Shown here piece by piece: positions 8,981-17,148 of a stretch of 32,000 nucleotides of DNA (its first letter is position 1; each line of letters opens with the position of its first letter). The stretch is from Megasphaera elsdenii DSM 20460 (GTDB lineage Bacteria; Bacillota; Negativicutes; Veillonellales; Megasphaeraceae): positions 300,001-332,000 of the forward strand of contig NZ_CP027570.1 of the NCBI RefSeq assembly GCF_003010495.1. The letters run 5' to 3'. The notes beneath the pieces were generated by a model. The model worked only from the letters and a program-made list of their open reading frames with translations, was not told the origin of the DNA and made no database searches. The position numbers were made by a program, and so were the translations under genes.

Positions 8981-9643
8981 TCACTCGCCCATGACGGCGA
9001 TGGTTTCGGGGACGATGAAGTCCGCTTCGGTGCAGGCCCGGATATCTTCTACGGTATAGCCCGGGGCCAGTTCCCGCAGGACCAGGCCTTGCGGCGTGAC
9101 TTCAAAGTAGCAGCGTTCGGTTACGATGTCGGTCACGCAACGGGCTCCCGTCAGGGGCAGCGTGCATTTCTTCAGTATCTTGGAATGGCCGCTCTTTTCG
9201 CAATGGTCCGTGGCGACGATGATCTTCTTGACACCGGCACAGAGGTCCATGGCCCCGCCCATACCGGGCACGAATTTCCCGGGGATGGTCCAGTTGGCGA
9301 TATTCCCTTCCTGGTCGACTTGCAGCGTCCCCAAGACAGTCGCGTCAATATGGCCACCGCGGATGAAAGCGAAGGACGTTTCGTGGTCGTAGACACTGCC
9401 GCCGGTAATGACCGAAGCCGGCTGGCCGCCAGCATCGATGACGTCGATATCGACATGATTCCAGTCCGGCGACGGGCCGCTGCCAACGGTGCCGATTTCA
9501 GCTTCCAGCCAGAGGGATACGCCTTCGGGCAGATAGTTGACGCACATCAGGGGCAGGCCGATCCCTAAGTTGACGAAGTCCCCATTTTTGAAGAATTGGG
9601 CACAACGCCAGGCAATCAAAGCTCTTCCTTTCCGTTCAACCAT
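8981..9643 (-). CDS. Family I CoA-transferase, subunit B (AtoA/ScoB/CtfB type)
   Basis: The track ORF 8981..9847 has a spurious basic N-terminal extension that overlaps subunit A. The real start is the ATG at 9643-9641 (MVERKGRALIAWR...), 4 nt after the subunit A stop, with SD GGGGATGAGG. The sequence aligns along its length with remembered E. coli AtoA (FVNLGIGLP, IRGGHID, VPGMGGAMDL). The catalytic Glu context here is EAEIG where AtoA has SENG. Confidence 0.88.
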   Translation of the reverse strand: MVERKGRALIAWRCAQFFKNGDFVNLGIGLPLMCVNYLPEGVSLWLEAEIGTVGSGPSPDWNHVDIDVIDAGGQPASVITGGSVYDHETSFAFIRGGHIDATVLGTLQVDQEGNIANWTIPGKFVPGMGGAMDLCAGVKKIIVATDHCEKSGHSKILKKCTLPLTGARCVTDIVTERCYFEVTPQGLVLRELAPGYTVEDIRACTEADFIVPETIAVMGE

Positions 9644-9647
9644 GACC

Positions 9648-10394
9648 TCATCCCCTTTCCTGCCGTTCCCGCGCCTTGGCTTCGGCACGGGCCCTGGCCT
9701 TTTTCCACATCGGGCAGATAAACCGTTTTTCGCCCTGCCGTTCATAGACCATGTCGACGACAGGAGCCGGGATGGCGATTTCTTCCGGCAAGAGCTGGCC
9801 GACGGGGACGATTTCTTCGACTTCGGCGGCGACGAAATCAGCCGCATAAGCGATGGTACTGTTCGTCGCCCGCGAATTCATGCGGAAATAGAGGTTCCCT
9901 GCCGTATCGGCTTTGGTCGCCTTGACCAGGGCTACGTCGGCATGGAGCGGTAATTCCAGGAGATATTCCTTCCCATCGATGACCAGCTTCTGTTTCCCTT
10001 CTTCGACACTCGTACCGACACCGGTCGGCGTCAGGACGCCGCCCAGGCCGGCACCGCCGCAGCGCACGCGTTCGGCCCAGGTCCCCTGGGGGACGAATTC
10101 GACGGCCAGTTCACCGGCCAGCATCTGTTTCAGCGCTTCCGGATTGAGGCCGATATGCGTCGTAACGATGGACGACACGCGATGAGCCACGATCAGCTTG
10201 CCTACGCCCTGGCCGGGATAGCCGGCCGATACGGCGATGGCTTTGATATCCTTGACGCCTTTTTCCAGCATGCCGTCGATGATTTCATCAGCCGCGAATT
10301 GGCCATGCCAGTCACCGAACATGATGGTCTGTCCGTCATGGATATGCTCCAGGATATCTTGGAGAGAAAATACCTTCGATAACACCGTACTCAC
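9648..10394 (-). CDS. Family I CoA-transferase, subunit A (AtoD/ScoA/CtfA type) with a short basic C-terminal tail
   Basis: FVPQGTWAERVRCGGAGLGGVLTPTGVGTSVEEGKQ matches the AtoD core. The start is a GTG at 10394 or, more likely given GGGAG spacing, the GTG at 10385. Confidence 0.88.
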   Translation of the reverse strand: MSTVLSKVFSLQDILEHIHDGQTIMFGDWHGQFAADEIIDGMLEKGVKDIKAIAVSAGYPGQGVGKLIVAHRVSSIVTTHIGLNPEALKQMLAGELAVEFVPQGTWAERVRCGGAGLGGVLTPTGVGTSVEEGKQKLVIDGKEYLLELPLHADVALVKATKADTAGNLYFRMNSRATNSTIAYAADFVAAEVEEIVPVGQLLPEEIAIPAPVVDMVYERQGEKRFICPMWKKARARAEAKARERQERG

Positions 10395-10413
10395 TCCCTT
10401 TCAGAGGACAGCC

Positions 10414-11208
10414 TTACTGGCCGGTAAAATGGGGACGCCGTTTTTCCATGAACGCGCAGACGCCTTCGGCAAAGTCCTGGGTCCGGGCACATTCACGCTG
10501 GCACGGGACTTCGATGTTTTCCAGGTAGTGCTGATATTCAGCAAAAGCAGCGGCATAAATCTGGCGCTTGATGTTCTTATAGGAAATAATCGGTCCGGCA
10601 GCCAGTTTCTTGGCAAATTTCATCGTTTCTTCATCGAGGGCATCGTTGGGCACAATGCGGTAGACAATGCCCAGATCCTTGGCTTCCTGTGCGCTCACAG
10701 GGCGTCCGGTAGCGCAGATGTCCATGGCCCGTTTCGGCCCCAGCTGTTTGACCAGGAGATAGGAACCGCCCGTATCGGGGACCAGGCCCAGATTGACGAA
10801 GGCCATGATGAACTTGGCGTTTTCACTGCAAATGATGAAATCCGCTGTCAGGGCCAAACTGGCACCGGCACCGGCCGCAGCCCCGCTGACCGAGGCGATG
10901 ACCATCTTGCTCATCTTCTTCAGGCCATCCGTGACCTTGCCGACCTTGCCGATAAGGCCGTCCATATTGACATCGCCGCCGGCCTTGATGAGCTGGTAGA
11001 AGTAGCCGATATCGCCGCCGGCCGAAAAAGCACGGGGCAGCCCTTTGAAGACGACGACCTTTACCGATTCATCCGCTTCAGCCGCTTGGACGACATAAAG
11101 GAGTTCATCGGCCATTTCTTCATCGATGGCATTGAGGTTCGTCGGATAATCGAGCTGAACGACAGCGATGCCATCTTCAACGGTATAATGTAACTTGTTG
11201 AGTTTCAT
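10414..11208 (-). CDS. Crotonase-superfamily enzyme, PaaG-like (enoyl-CoA isomerase/hydratase family)
   Basis: SD GAGGAGGG. GAAAGAGASLAL...AKFIMAFVNLGLVPDTGGSYLL...DFAEGVCAFMEKRRPHFTGQ parallels remembered E. coli PaaG (GVAAGAGATLAL...AKFVMAFSKLGLIPDCGGTWLL...EGVSAFLAKRSPQFTGK). Confidence 0.85.
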   Translation of the reverse strand: MKLNKLHYTVEDGIAVVQLDYPTNLNAIDEEMADELLYVVQAAEADESVKVVVFKGLPRAFSAGGDIGYFYQLIKAGGDVNMDGLIGKVGKVTDGLKKMSKMVIASVSGAAAGAGASLALTADFIICSENAKFIMAFVNLGLVPDTGGSYLLVKQLGPKRAMDICATGRPVSAQEAKDLGIVYRIVPNDALDEETMKFAKKLAAGPIISYKNIKRQIYAAAFAEYQHYLENIEVPCQRECARTQDFAEGVCAFMEKRRPHFTGQ

Positions 11209-11310
11209 ATGAATCCCTCCTCATTATTATAACAAAAACGAATGAATACCTTTCTTTATAATCATATTATATCATAGGTTCCAGAAAAAAGCCTATACCA
11301 GAAAGGCATA

Positions 11311-11342
11311 AAAAAGGCGCTGTCTTACGACAGCGCCTTTTT
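11311..11342. terminator. Bidirectional terminator hairpin, identical to the one at 8843-8874
   Basis: Same A5-GGCGCTGTC-TTAC-GACAGCGCC-T5 structure. On the minus strand it lies downstream of the 67-aa ORF and upstream of the crotonase operon promoter region. Confidence 0.75.
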
Positions 11343-11493
11343 AGTGGTTCGTAGTTCGTGGCTCGTGTTCCCTACAAGGTTAAACCTCTCCGATCCAGTT
11401 GGACCACTTTTCCTAATAAGAGAACGAGTTTGCAATTTGCAGCGAATCCCTCAAATTTAAAACCATCCGCTAACAACTAACCACTAACCACTG
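11343..11493. repeat. Intergenic modular repeat, copy R2 (both arrays present; opposite orientation to R3)
   Basis: C-type heptamers GTGGTTC GTAGTTC GTGGCTC GTGTTCC at 11344-11371, then a variable interior. Next come TTTAAA...CCATCCGC (11463-11470) and inverse A-type heptamers TAACAAC TAACCAC TAACCAC (11471-11491). Confidence 0.8.
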
Positions 11494-11502
11494 GCTTTTT
11501 TA

Positions 11503-11706
11503 TCAATCTACGCAATACTGACAGAAGATGCCGCGGAGGTCGAAGCGGCGGCTTTCTTTTTCCTGACGGGCCGTTTCTTTCGGCTGGCCCATGGAAGCGA
11601 CGAGTTCCTGGCCGCGGCAGTAGATGCCTTCGCCGTTGGCAGCGCCGCTGATGGGCAGGGGCATCATGGTGTTGATCATATCATCAAAAGTAAAGTGTTT
11701 ATCCAT
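11503..11706 (-). CDS. Hypothetical small protein (67 aa) with a C-terminal CxxC
   Basis: Strong SD AGAGGAGG 7 nt before the ATG. No family recognised. Cys at 30, 62 and 65. Confidence 0.5.
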   Translation of the reverse strand: MDKHFTFDDMINTMMPLPISGAANGEGIYCRGQELVASMGQPKETARQEKESRRFDLRGIFCQYCVD

Positions 11707-11840
11707 TTGAAAAGCCTCCTCTGAAGATGCTCAAGTTTTTATTATCTTGCTTGAGCATAAGTTTACGCTTTTCAATGTCTTTTTGTCAATGCTAATCACG
11801 AATTACTTTTGCATTTCATCCATTCAATATTAGAATCGTT

Positions 11841-13004
11841 CTACGCTTTATTCAATACCTTATGGACCAAAGCGCTGACGGCCATCAGGATGACGACGAC
11901 AGGGACGGTGATGCCCACGGGCGTATCGACATTGAGCAGGAAGCGGTACAGGGCGACGCCCAAAACCCAGAGGACGAGGTTGAGCCAGTTGACGCTGTCT
12001 GCTGTATGGTCCTGCTTGAGGATGAAGAAGTCCGACAAGAGGATGGCCGTCATCGGCGCAAAGACGGAACCGATGAGGTAGAGGAAATCCTGGAACTGGT
12101 CCGGTGCGGCGAAGATGGCCAGCAGGACGCCCAGGACCGTCGCGATAAGCGCTAAAATCTTATCCGATACCTTCGGGACCAGGCTCTGGCAGCTGACGCC
12201 GGCCGAAAAGGCATCGAGGAAGGTCGTCGTGACCGTCGACAAGAGGACGACGAGGATCCCGGCGACGCCCAGGCCGGCCTGGACCATGATGGCCGCAATG
12301 TCATCCTGGCCGGTGAACAGGGCCGCGCCCATGCCGATGAGGAACATCCACGAGCTGGCGATGAAATAGGCACTGCAGCTGGCCGCCGTAGCCAGGCCCG
12401 GCTTTTCAGCCGTCCGCGTATAGTCCGAAATAATGGGCAGCCATGACAGCGGCATGGCGACAGCCAGTTCGACGGCGCCGCCAAAGGTGAGGTCGCCAGC
12501 CGGTACCTGCGGCGCCCCGCCTTTGAAGACGACCAGGCTGAGGACAATCGTCAAGATGAACAGGGCCGCCATGACGACGACGTTGATCTTGCTGAGGTTC
12601 TTCAGTCCCATGACGATCCACACGGCGATGAAGGCGCCGATGATGAGGCTCCACCAGGACACGCCGATGGCGGCGATGGTATTGGCAGCCAAAGCGGCAC
12701 TGGCGACCATGACCGCCGTCCAGCCGACGAGCTGGATGACATTCAGGCCGGCAAAGAGCTTGGCCCCCTGGGTCCCGAAGGAAATGCGGACCGTTTCCAT
12801 GGCACTGCCGCCCGTCCGGCCTCCGATGAGGCCGGCCAGGTACATGACGACACCGCCGATGAGATGGCCCAGGATGATAGCCGCAAAGGCTTTGGCAAAG
12901 CCCAGCGGCGCCAGGAGCATACCCGTCAGGATTTCGGCGATGGAAATGCCGGCGCCGAACCATAACAGGCCGTTGGAAAAGACAGACGTCTTACGTTCAT
13001 TCAT
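11841..13004 (-). CDS. cytX: NCS1 / cytosine-permease-like transporter, probably a CytX-type hydroxymethylpyrimidine transporter
   Basis: 387 aa and highly hydrophobic, with about 12 predicted TM segments. The N-terminal FSNGLLWFGAGISIAEILTG resembles CytX/CodB-family openings. Substrate is not established. Confidence 0.6.
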   Translation of the reverse strand: MNERKTSVFSNGLLWFGAGISIAEILTGMLLAPLGFAKAFAAIILGHLIGGVVMYLAGLIGGRTGGSAMETVRISFGTQGAKLFAGLNVIQLVGWTAVMVASAALAANTIAAIGVSWWSLIIGAFIAVWIVMGLKNLSKINVVVMAALFILTIVLSLVVFKGGAPQVPAGDLTFGGAVELAVAMPLSWLPIISDYTRTAEKPGLATAASCSAYFIASSWMFLIGMGAALFTGQDDIAAIMVQAGLGVAGILVVLLSTVTTTFLDAFSAGVSCQSLVPKVSDKILALIATVLGVLLAIFAAPDQFQDFLYLIGSVFAPMTAILLSDFFILKQDHTADSVNWLNLVLWVLGVALYRFLLNVDTPVGITVPVVVILMAVSALVHKVLNKA

Positions 13005-13129
13005 AATAAAATACCAACCTTTCTTTTATAATGCTACATCAGTATAACACATTCTCCGGGAAAACCCTACGTACACAACATCTTTGTTACAATTCCAACT
13101 CACTTTACTAAGAAAAAATGGCTTTACCT

Positions 13130-13157
13130 TTATTGCTATAAAATGACATGCTATACT
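13130..13157 (+). promoter_or_regulatory. Candidate extended -10 promoter of the MacAB-like operon
   Basis: TTATTG (13130-13135), 16-nt spacer, TGcTATACT (13149-13157). Confidence 0.35.
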
Positions 13158-13213
13158 TAATGAATCAATGATAACTATACCTACTTATTTAACATCATGA
13201 CTGGAGTGATACC

Positions 13214-14347
13214 ATGCAAATTGACAAGCGCCTGAAAATCGTCATTGCCGCTGTCATCGTGGCGGCCTGTGCCTTTGGCGGCTATAAATACTATGAATCC
13301 CAGCAAGCCGCAAAACAATCCAAGGCCATCGAAACAGCCGATGTCGTCCGCAAAGACCTGCGTTCGACCGTTTCCGCCACAGGGACCATCAGCCCTGTCG
13401 ATTCCGTCGAAGTCTCGCCGAAGATCACGGCCCGCATCAGCCAGGTCCTGGTCAAAGAAAATGACCGGGTCACAGCCGGCCAGACCGTAGCAGTCCTCGA
13501 CGGCAAAGATTATGAAGCCAAACGCGACCAGGCCCAGTATAAGGTCACAAACACCAAAGTCGAATACGACCGGGCCCAGCAGCTCTATGACCTCGGTGCC
13601 GGCACCAAACAGGCCCTGGATACGGCGAAATTCAACTATGACACTGCCGTCAGTACTTTGACGGAAGCCGAATCGGACGTTGCCGAAACGGTCATCACGG
13701 CGCCCATGGACGGCGTCGTCGTCGGCGAACCGAAGACTGTCGGCACCATGGCCGTCCAGGGTAACAGCAACCCGACGGTCATCATGCGCATTGCCGACAC
13801 GTCGACGAAGCAGATTCTGGCCAAAGTCGATGAAACGGATATCGGCAAGATCCAAGTCGGCCAAGATGCGACCTTCACTGTTGACGCCTTTACAGACCGG
13901 ACTTTCACGGCCCACGTCTCGAAAATCGCCAAAACCGATACGGGCAATACGTGGGATACGAACGGCTCCAGTTCGACGTCCAGCTCGTCGAGTTCGTCGG
14001 CCAGCGTCATCTACTACTACGTCACCCTCGACGTCGACGACCCGGATGACGTCCTGAAACTGGGCATGACGGCCCGCGTCGACATTACGACCTCGCAAAA
14101 AGATGACGCCCTCGTCGTACCCATCGCCGCCTTGAAGACCAACGACTCCGGCTCTTACGTCATCCGCGTCGATGCCAATGGCCAGACGGAACAAGTACCG
14201 GTCACGACGGGCATCTACAGCGATGAATACGTGGAAATCCTTTCGGGCCTGACCCAGGGCGACAAGGTTTCCATCGCCTATACGGCCTCCAGCAAGTCGT
14301 CGTCCTCGTCGAACAGCAATAGACGCCAGGGCCCGCCGCCCATGTAA
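13214..14347 (+). CDS. Periplasmic adaptor (HlyD/MacA family membrane-fusion protein) with poly-Ser insertions
   Basis: SD GGAG. N-terminal TM segment. Biotinyl-lipoyl-like motif VSPKITARISQVLVKENDRVTAGQTVAVLD, then a coiled-coil region, then a beta-barrel segment VIYYYVTLDVDD. Confidence 0.85.
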   Translation: MQIDKRLKIVIAAVIVAACAFGGYKYYESQQAAKQSKAIETADVVRKDLRSTVSATGTISPVDSVEVSPKITARISQVLVKENDRVTAGQTVAVLDGKDYEAKRDQAQYKVTNTKVEYDRAQQLYDLGAGTKQALDTAKFNYDTAVSTLTEAESDVAETVITAPMDGVVVGEPKTVGTMAVQGNSNPTVIMRIADTSTKQILAKVDETDIGKIQVGQDATFTVDAFTDRTFTAHVSKIAKTDTGNTWDTNGSSSTSSSSSSSASVIYYYVTLDVDDPDDVLKLGMTARVDITTSQKDDALVVPIAALKTNDSGSYVIRVDANGQTEQVPVTTGIYSDEYVEILSGLTQGDKVSIAYTASSKSSSSSNSNRRQGPPPM

Positions 14348-14359
14348 GGGGGCCTCGCC

Positions 14360-15064
14360 ATGAAGCATGTCATCGAATTGAAAGATATCAAAAAAATCTA
14401 CCACATCGGCGGTGAAGACTTCGCCGCTCTGGCCGGCATTACCTTAAACATCGAAGAAGGCGAATTTGCCGCTCTCATGGGGCCATCGGGCTCAGGAAAA
14501 TCGACGCTCATGAACATCCTGGGCTGCCTGGACCGGCCGACGTCGGGTTCGTATAAGCTCGGCGGCAAGGAAGTCGCCCACCTCGGCGACGATGAACTGG
14601 CCGTCGTCCGCAACCAGCACATTGGCTTCGTCTTCCAGAACTTCAACCTCTTGTCCCGCATCTCCGCCCTGGACAATGTCGCCCTGCCCCTGGTCTACGC
14701 CGGTGTCGGCCGCAGGGAACGGACGGAACGGGCCATGGAAAAGCTGAAATCCGTCGGCCTGGAAACGTGGGCCCACCACAAGCCCAACGAACTGTCCGGC
14801 GGCCAGCGCCAGCGCGTCGCCATCGCCCGGGCCCTGGTCAATAACCCGCATATCATCATGGCCGACGAACCGACGGGCAACTTGGATACGAAATCGACGA
14901 AAGACATCATGCGCCTTTTCGAAGCGCTCCACGAAGAGCACAAGACGATCATCCTGGTCACGCATGAACCGGAAATCGCCGCCTGTGCCAACCGCCAGCT
15001 CCTGCTCTCAGACGGCAGGATCACAAAAGACGCCGGAAAGGGGGTCGTCATGGATGTTATTTAG
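14360..15064 (+). CDS. ABC transporter ATP-binding protein (MacB/LolD-type)
   Basis: Walker A GPSGSGKST, signature LSGGQRQRVAIARAL, Walker B IIMADEPTGNLD. Confidence 0.93.
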   Translation: MKHVIELKDIKKIYHIGGEDFAALAGITLNIEEGEFAALMGPSGSGKSTLMNILGCLDRPTSGSYKLGGKEVAHLGDDELAVVRNQHIGFVFQNFNLLSRISALDNVALPLVYAGVGRRERTERAMEKLKSVGLETWAHHKPNELSGGQRQRVAIARALVNNPHIIMADEPTGNLDTKSTKDIMRLFEALHEEHKTIILVTHEPEIAACANRQLLLSDGRITKDAGKGVVMDVI

Positions 15065-16271
15065 TGAAAGCGTGCAGATTGCCATTACGGCCCTGCTGTC
15101 CAATAAACTGCGCTCCATCCTGACCATGCTGGGCATCATCATCGGCGTCGGCGCCGTCATCGCCATGATTTCCATCGGCATGGGCGTCAAGCAGAACGTC
15201 ACCAACTCCATCGCCAGCCTGGGCAGCAATATGCTCATCGTTTCGCCAGGCTCGACCAATCACGGCGGCGTCCGTTCGGCAGCCGGTTCGAGCCAGAAAT
15301 TGAAATACGACGACGCCGTAGCCATCAAGAATAAAATAAAGAACATCGACTACGTATCGCCGACAGTCAACAGTTCCTACCAGATTGTCAACGGCAACCA
15401 GAACTGGAATACGTCGGTCTACGGCGTCACGCCAGAATACCTGCACATCCGGTCCCTCGTCGTCCAGTCGGGATCCTTCATCACCCAGAGCGACCTCAAC
15501 TCGCGCAACCGCGTCGCCGTCATCGGCCCGACGGTCGCCGCCAACCTCTTCGACGAAGTCAATCCCGTTGGCAAGAACATCCGCATCAACAACCAGCCCT
15601 ATAAGATCATCGGCGTCCTGGAAAGCAAAGGCCAGTCCTCCATGGGCCAGGACCAGGACGACATCGTCATCGTCCCCTTGACGACGGCCCAGGAACGCCT
15701 CATGGGCATCACCTACGTCCGCTCCATCAACATCCAGGTCTCCAGCGCCGATAAAATCGAACAGGTCCAGGCCGAAGTCGAAACGCTCCTGCGCCAGCGC
15801 CACCATATCCGCAGCGGCAGCGAAGATGACTTCACCGTCCGTAACCTGACGAGCCTCATGGAAACCATGACCAGCACGACGACCATGCTGACCCTCTTCC
15901 TGGGCAGTATCGCCGCCATTTCGCTCATCGTCGGCGGCATCGGCATCATGAACATCATGATGGTCTCCGTCACTGAACGGACGCGGGAAATCGGCATCCG
16001 GAAAGCCCTGGGCGCAACTTTTCAGAACATTATGATGCAGTTTCTCATCGAATCTGTCGTCATCGGCGTCATCGGCGGCCTCCTGGGCATCGCCTGCGGC
16101 GTCGGCATCGCCCTGGCTATCGCCAAGTCCGGCCTGTTCCAGACGGTCATCACGGCGGCGCCGATCATCATCTCTTTCAGTTTCTCCGTAGGCATCGGCC
16201 TCTTCTTCGGCATCTACCCAGCCCGGAAAGCAGCCAAGCTCGACCCCATCGAAGCCTTGCGGTATGAATAA
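15054..16271 (+). CDS. ABC transporter permease (FtsX/MacB-type, with a large extracytoplasmic domain)
   Basis: The track ORF 14964..16271 starts inside the ATPase gene. The likely start is the ATG at 15054 (MLFSESVQIAITALLSNKLRS...), with SD AAAGGGGG and an 11-nt overlap with the ATPase stop. It has TM1, then a ~230-aa loop, then three TM segments with an FtsX signature region. Confidence 0.88.
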   Translation: MLFSESVQIAITALLSNKLRSILTMLGIIIGVGAVIAMISIGMGVKQNVTNSIASLGSNMLIVSPGSTNHGGVRSAAGSSQKLKYDDAVAIKNKIKNIDYVSPTVNSSYQIVNGNQNWNTSVYGVTPEYLHIRSLVVQSGSFITQSDLNSRNRVAVIGPTVAANLFDEVNPVGKNIRINNQPYKIIGVLESKGQSSMGQDQDDIVIVPLTTAQERLMGITYVRSINIQVSSADKIEQVQAEVETLLRQRHHIRSGSEDDFTVRNLTSLMETMTSTTTMLTLFLGSIAAISLIVGGIGIMNIMMVSVTERTREIGIRKALGATFQNIMMQFLIESVVIGVIGGLLGIACGVGIALAIAKSGLFQTVITAAPIIISFSFSVGIGLFFGIYPARKAAKLDPIEALRYE

Positions 16272-16307
16272 AAAAAGGGCTTGTCACATGACGACAAGCC
16301 CTTTAAA
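16271..16307 (+). terminator. Terminator hairpin after the permease gene
   Basis: A6-GGGCTTGTC-acatgac-GACAAGCCC-TTTAAA. The stem is perfect, but the T-tract is short. Confidence 0.6.
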
Positions 16308-16545
16308 GTTGTTAGTGGCTAGCAGTTAGTTGTTAGCGGATGGCTTTAAAGCTGTAGCGGGCGTCCCGGCTCTCCTGCTAGGAGAGCTGTCAGCGCAGCT
16401 GACTGAGAGGTTGAATCTGGAAATTCAACCTCTCCGGCCCATTGGGCCACCTCCCCTATCAGGGGAGGCTTGGCGCTCTGCAATCGGCGGGCCGCCCCTA
16501 CGAGCCACGAACCACTAGCCACTAGCCACGAGCCACGAGCCACTA
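16308..16545. repeat. Intergenic modular repeat, copy R3 (archetype)
   Basis: The left side has A-type heptamers GTTGTTA GTGGCTA GCAGTTA GTTGTTA (16308-16335), then GCGGATGG and the palindrome GCTTTAAAGC. Five consecutive perfect hairpins follow between 16370 and 16468. The right side has CCCCTAC and then inverse heptamers GAGCCAC GAACCAC TAGCCAC TAGCCAC GAGCCAC GAGCCAC (16502-16543). Confidence 0.85.
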
Positions 16546-17064
16546 ATCTCTCAGCCAGCGGCGGATGTCGTCTTCGGCATCTTCGATGGTCGTACCCAGG
16601 AGGGCCAGGCTCTTGCCGAGTTTGGCCGTCGGGCAGAGGGCATGGATGTCTTCCAGACTGTGGCCGACGCCGCTGCCTTCATGGGTGCAGAAAGGATAAA
16701 TCGTCTTATCCGTGAAGTCGTGGTTTTCCAGGAACGTCCACAAAGCCATGGGCATGGTGCCGCACCAGTTGGGATAGCCCAGGAAGATGACGTCGTAATC
16801 ATCGATGCTGTCGATATCCCTTTCCAGGACCGGCCGGGCGTTGTCGGCCTTTTCTTTCTTGGCGATCTTGACGACTTCCTGATAGTCATTGGGATAGACC
16901 GAAGCCGTGCGGATGTGGAAGAGGTCGCCGCCCGTGAACAGGCGCAGCATCTGTGCCGCCCGTTCCGTATTGCCCACGGGCAGGTCGACGATCTTACCGC
17001 TGACATAGTTCATGCCGGCGTGTGAAAAATATGCAATGAGGCATTTCTTACCTTGATAATCCAT
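16543..17064 (-). CDS. Flavodoxin-family protein
   Basis: 173 aa. SD GGGAGG. It has CLIAYFSHAGMNY, FLGYPNWCGTMP and PFCTHEGSG motifs, typical of short flavodoxin-like FMN proteins. Confidence 0.8.
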   Translation of the reverse strand: MDYQGKKCLIAYFSHAGMNYVSGKIVDLPVGNTERAAQMLRLFTGGDLFHIRTASVYPNDYQEVVKIAKKEKADNARPVLERDIDSIDDYDVIFLGYPNWCGTMPMALWTFLENHDFTDKTIYPFCTHEGSGVGHSLEDIHALCPTAKLGKSLALLGTTIEDAEDDIRRWLRD

Positions 17065-17119
17065 CAGTCAATCAAACCTCCCTGATATGTTTGACTTAAA
17101 AATTCCCGATACAGTTTTC

Positions 17120-17148
17120 ATTATACGGCAAAAATCGTTGCCATTCAA
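17120..17148 (-). promoter_or_regulatory. Candidate sigma-70-type promoter of the flavodoxin gene
   Basis: On the minus strand: TTGAAT (17148-17143), 17-nt spacer, TATAAT (17125-17120). Confidence 0.5.

Noticed and set aside
8981-9847. N-terminal extensions given by the track for 8981..9847, 14964..16271, 2402..3247 and 21624..21887
   Set aside because: The extensions overlap the upstream gene and are basic or low-complexity. Internal starts (9643, 15054, 3223, 21869) have good SD spacing and match the family N-termini.
13005-13110. TPP (THI-box) riboswitch expected upstream of a CytX-like transporter
   Set aside because: Reading the minus strand, I find only loose fragments (CGGAGA, ACTGAT). 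The conserved CUGAGA...ACCUGAUCUGGAUAAUGCCAGCG core and the pairing partners are absent. A plausible extended -10 (TGtTATACT) leaves a leader of only about 35 nt. A covariance-model scan (Rfam RF00059) would settle it.
16308-16545. Heptamer arrays and hairpin strings as a CRISPR array
   Set aside because: The units are 7 nt with no spacers. The hairpins differ in sequence rather than repeating one 25-40 nt sequence. No cas genes are present.
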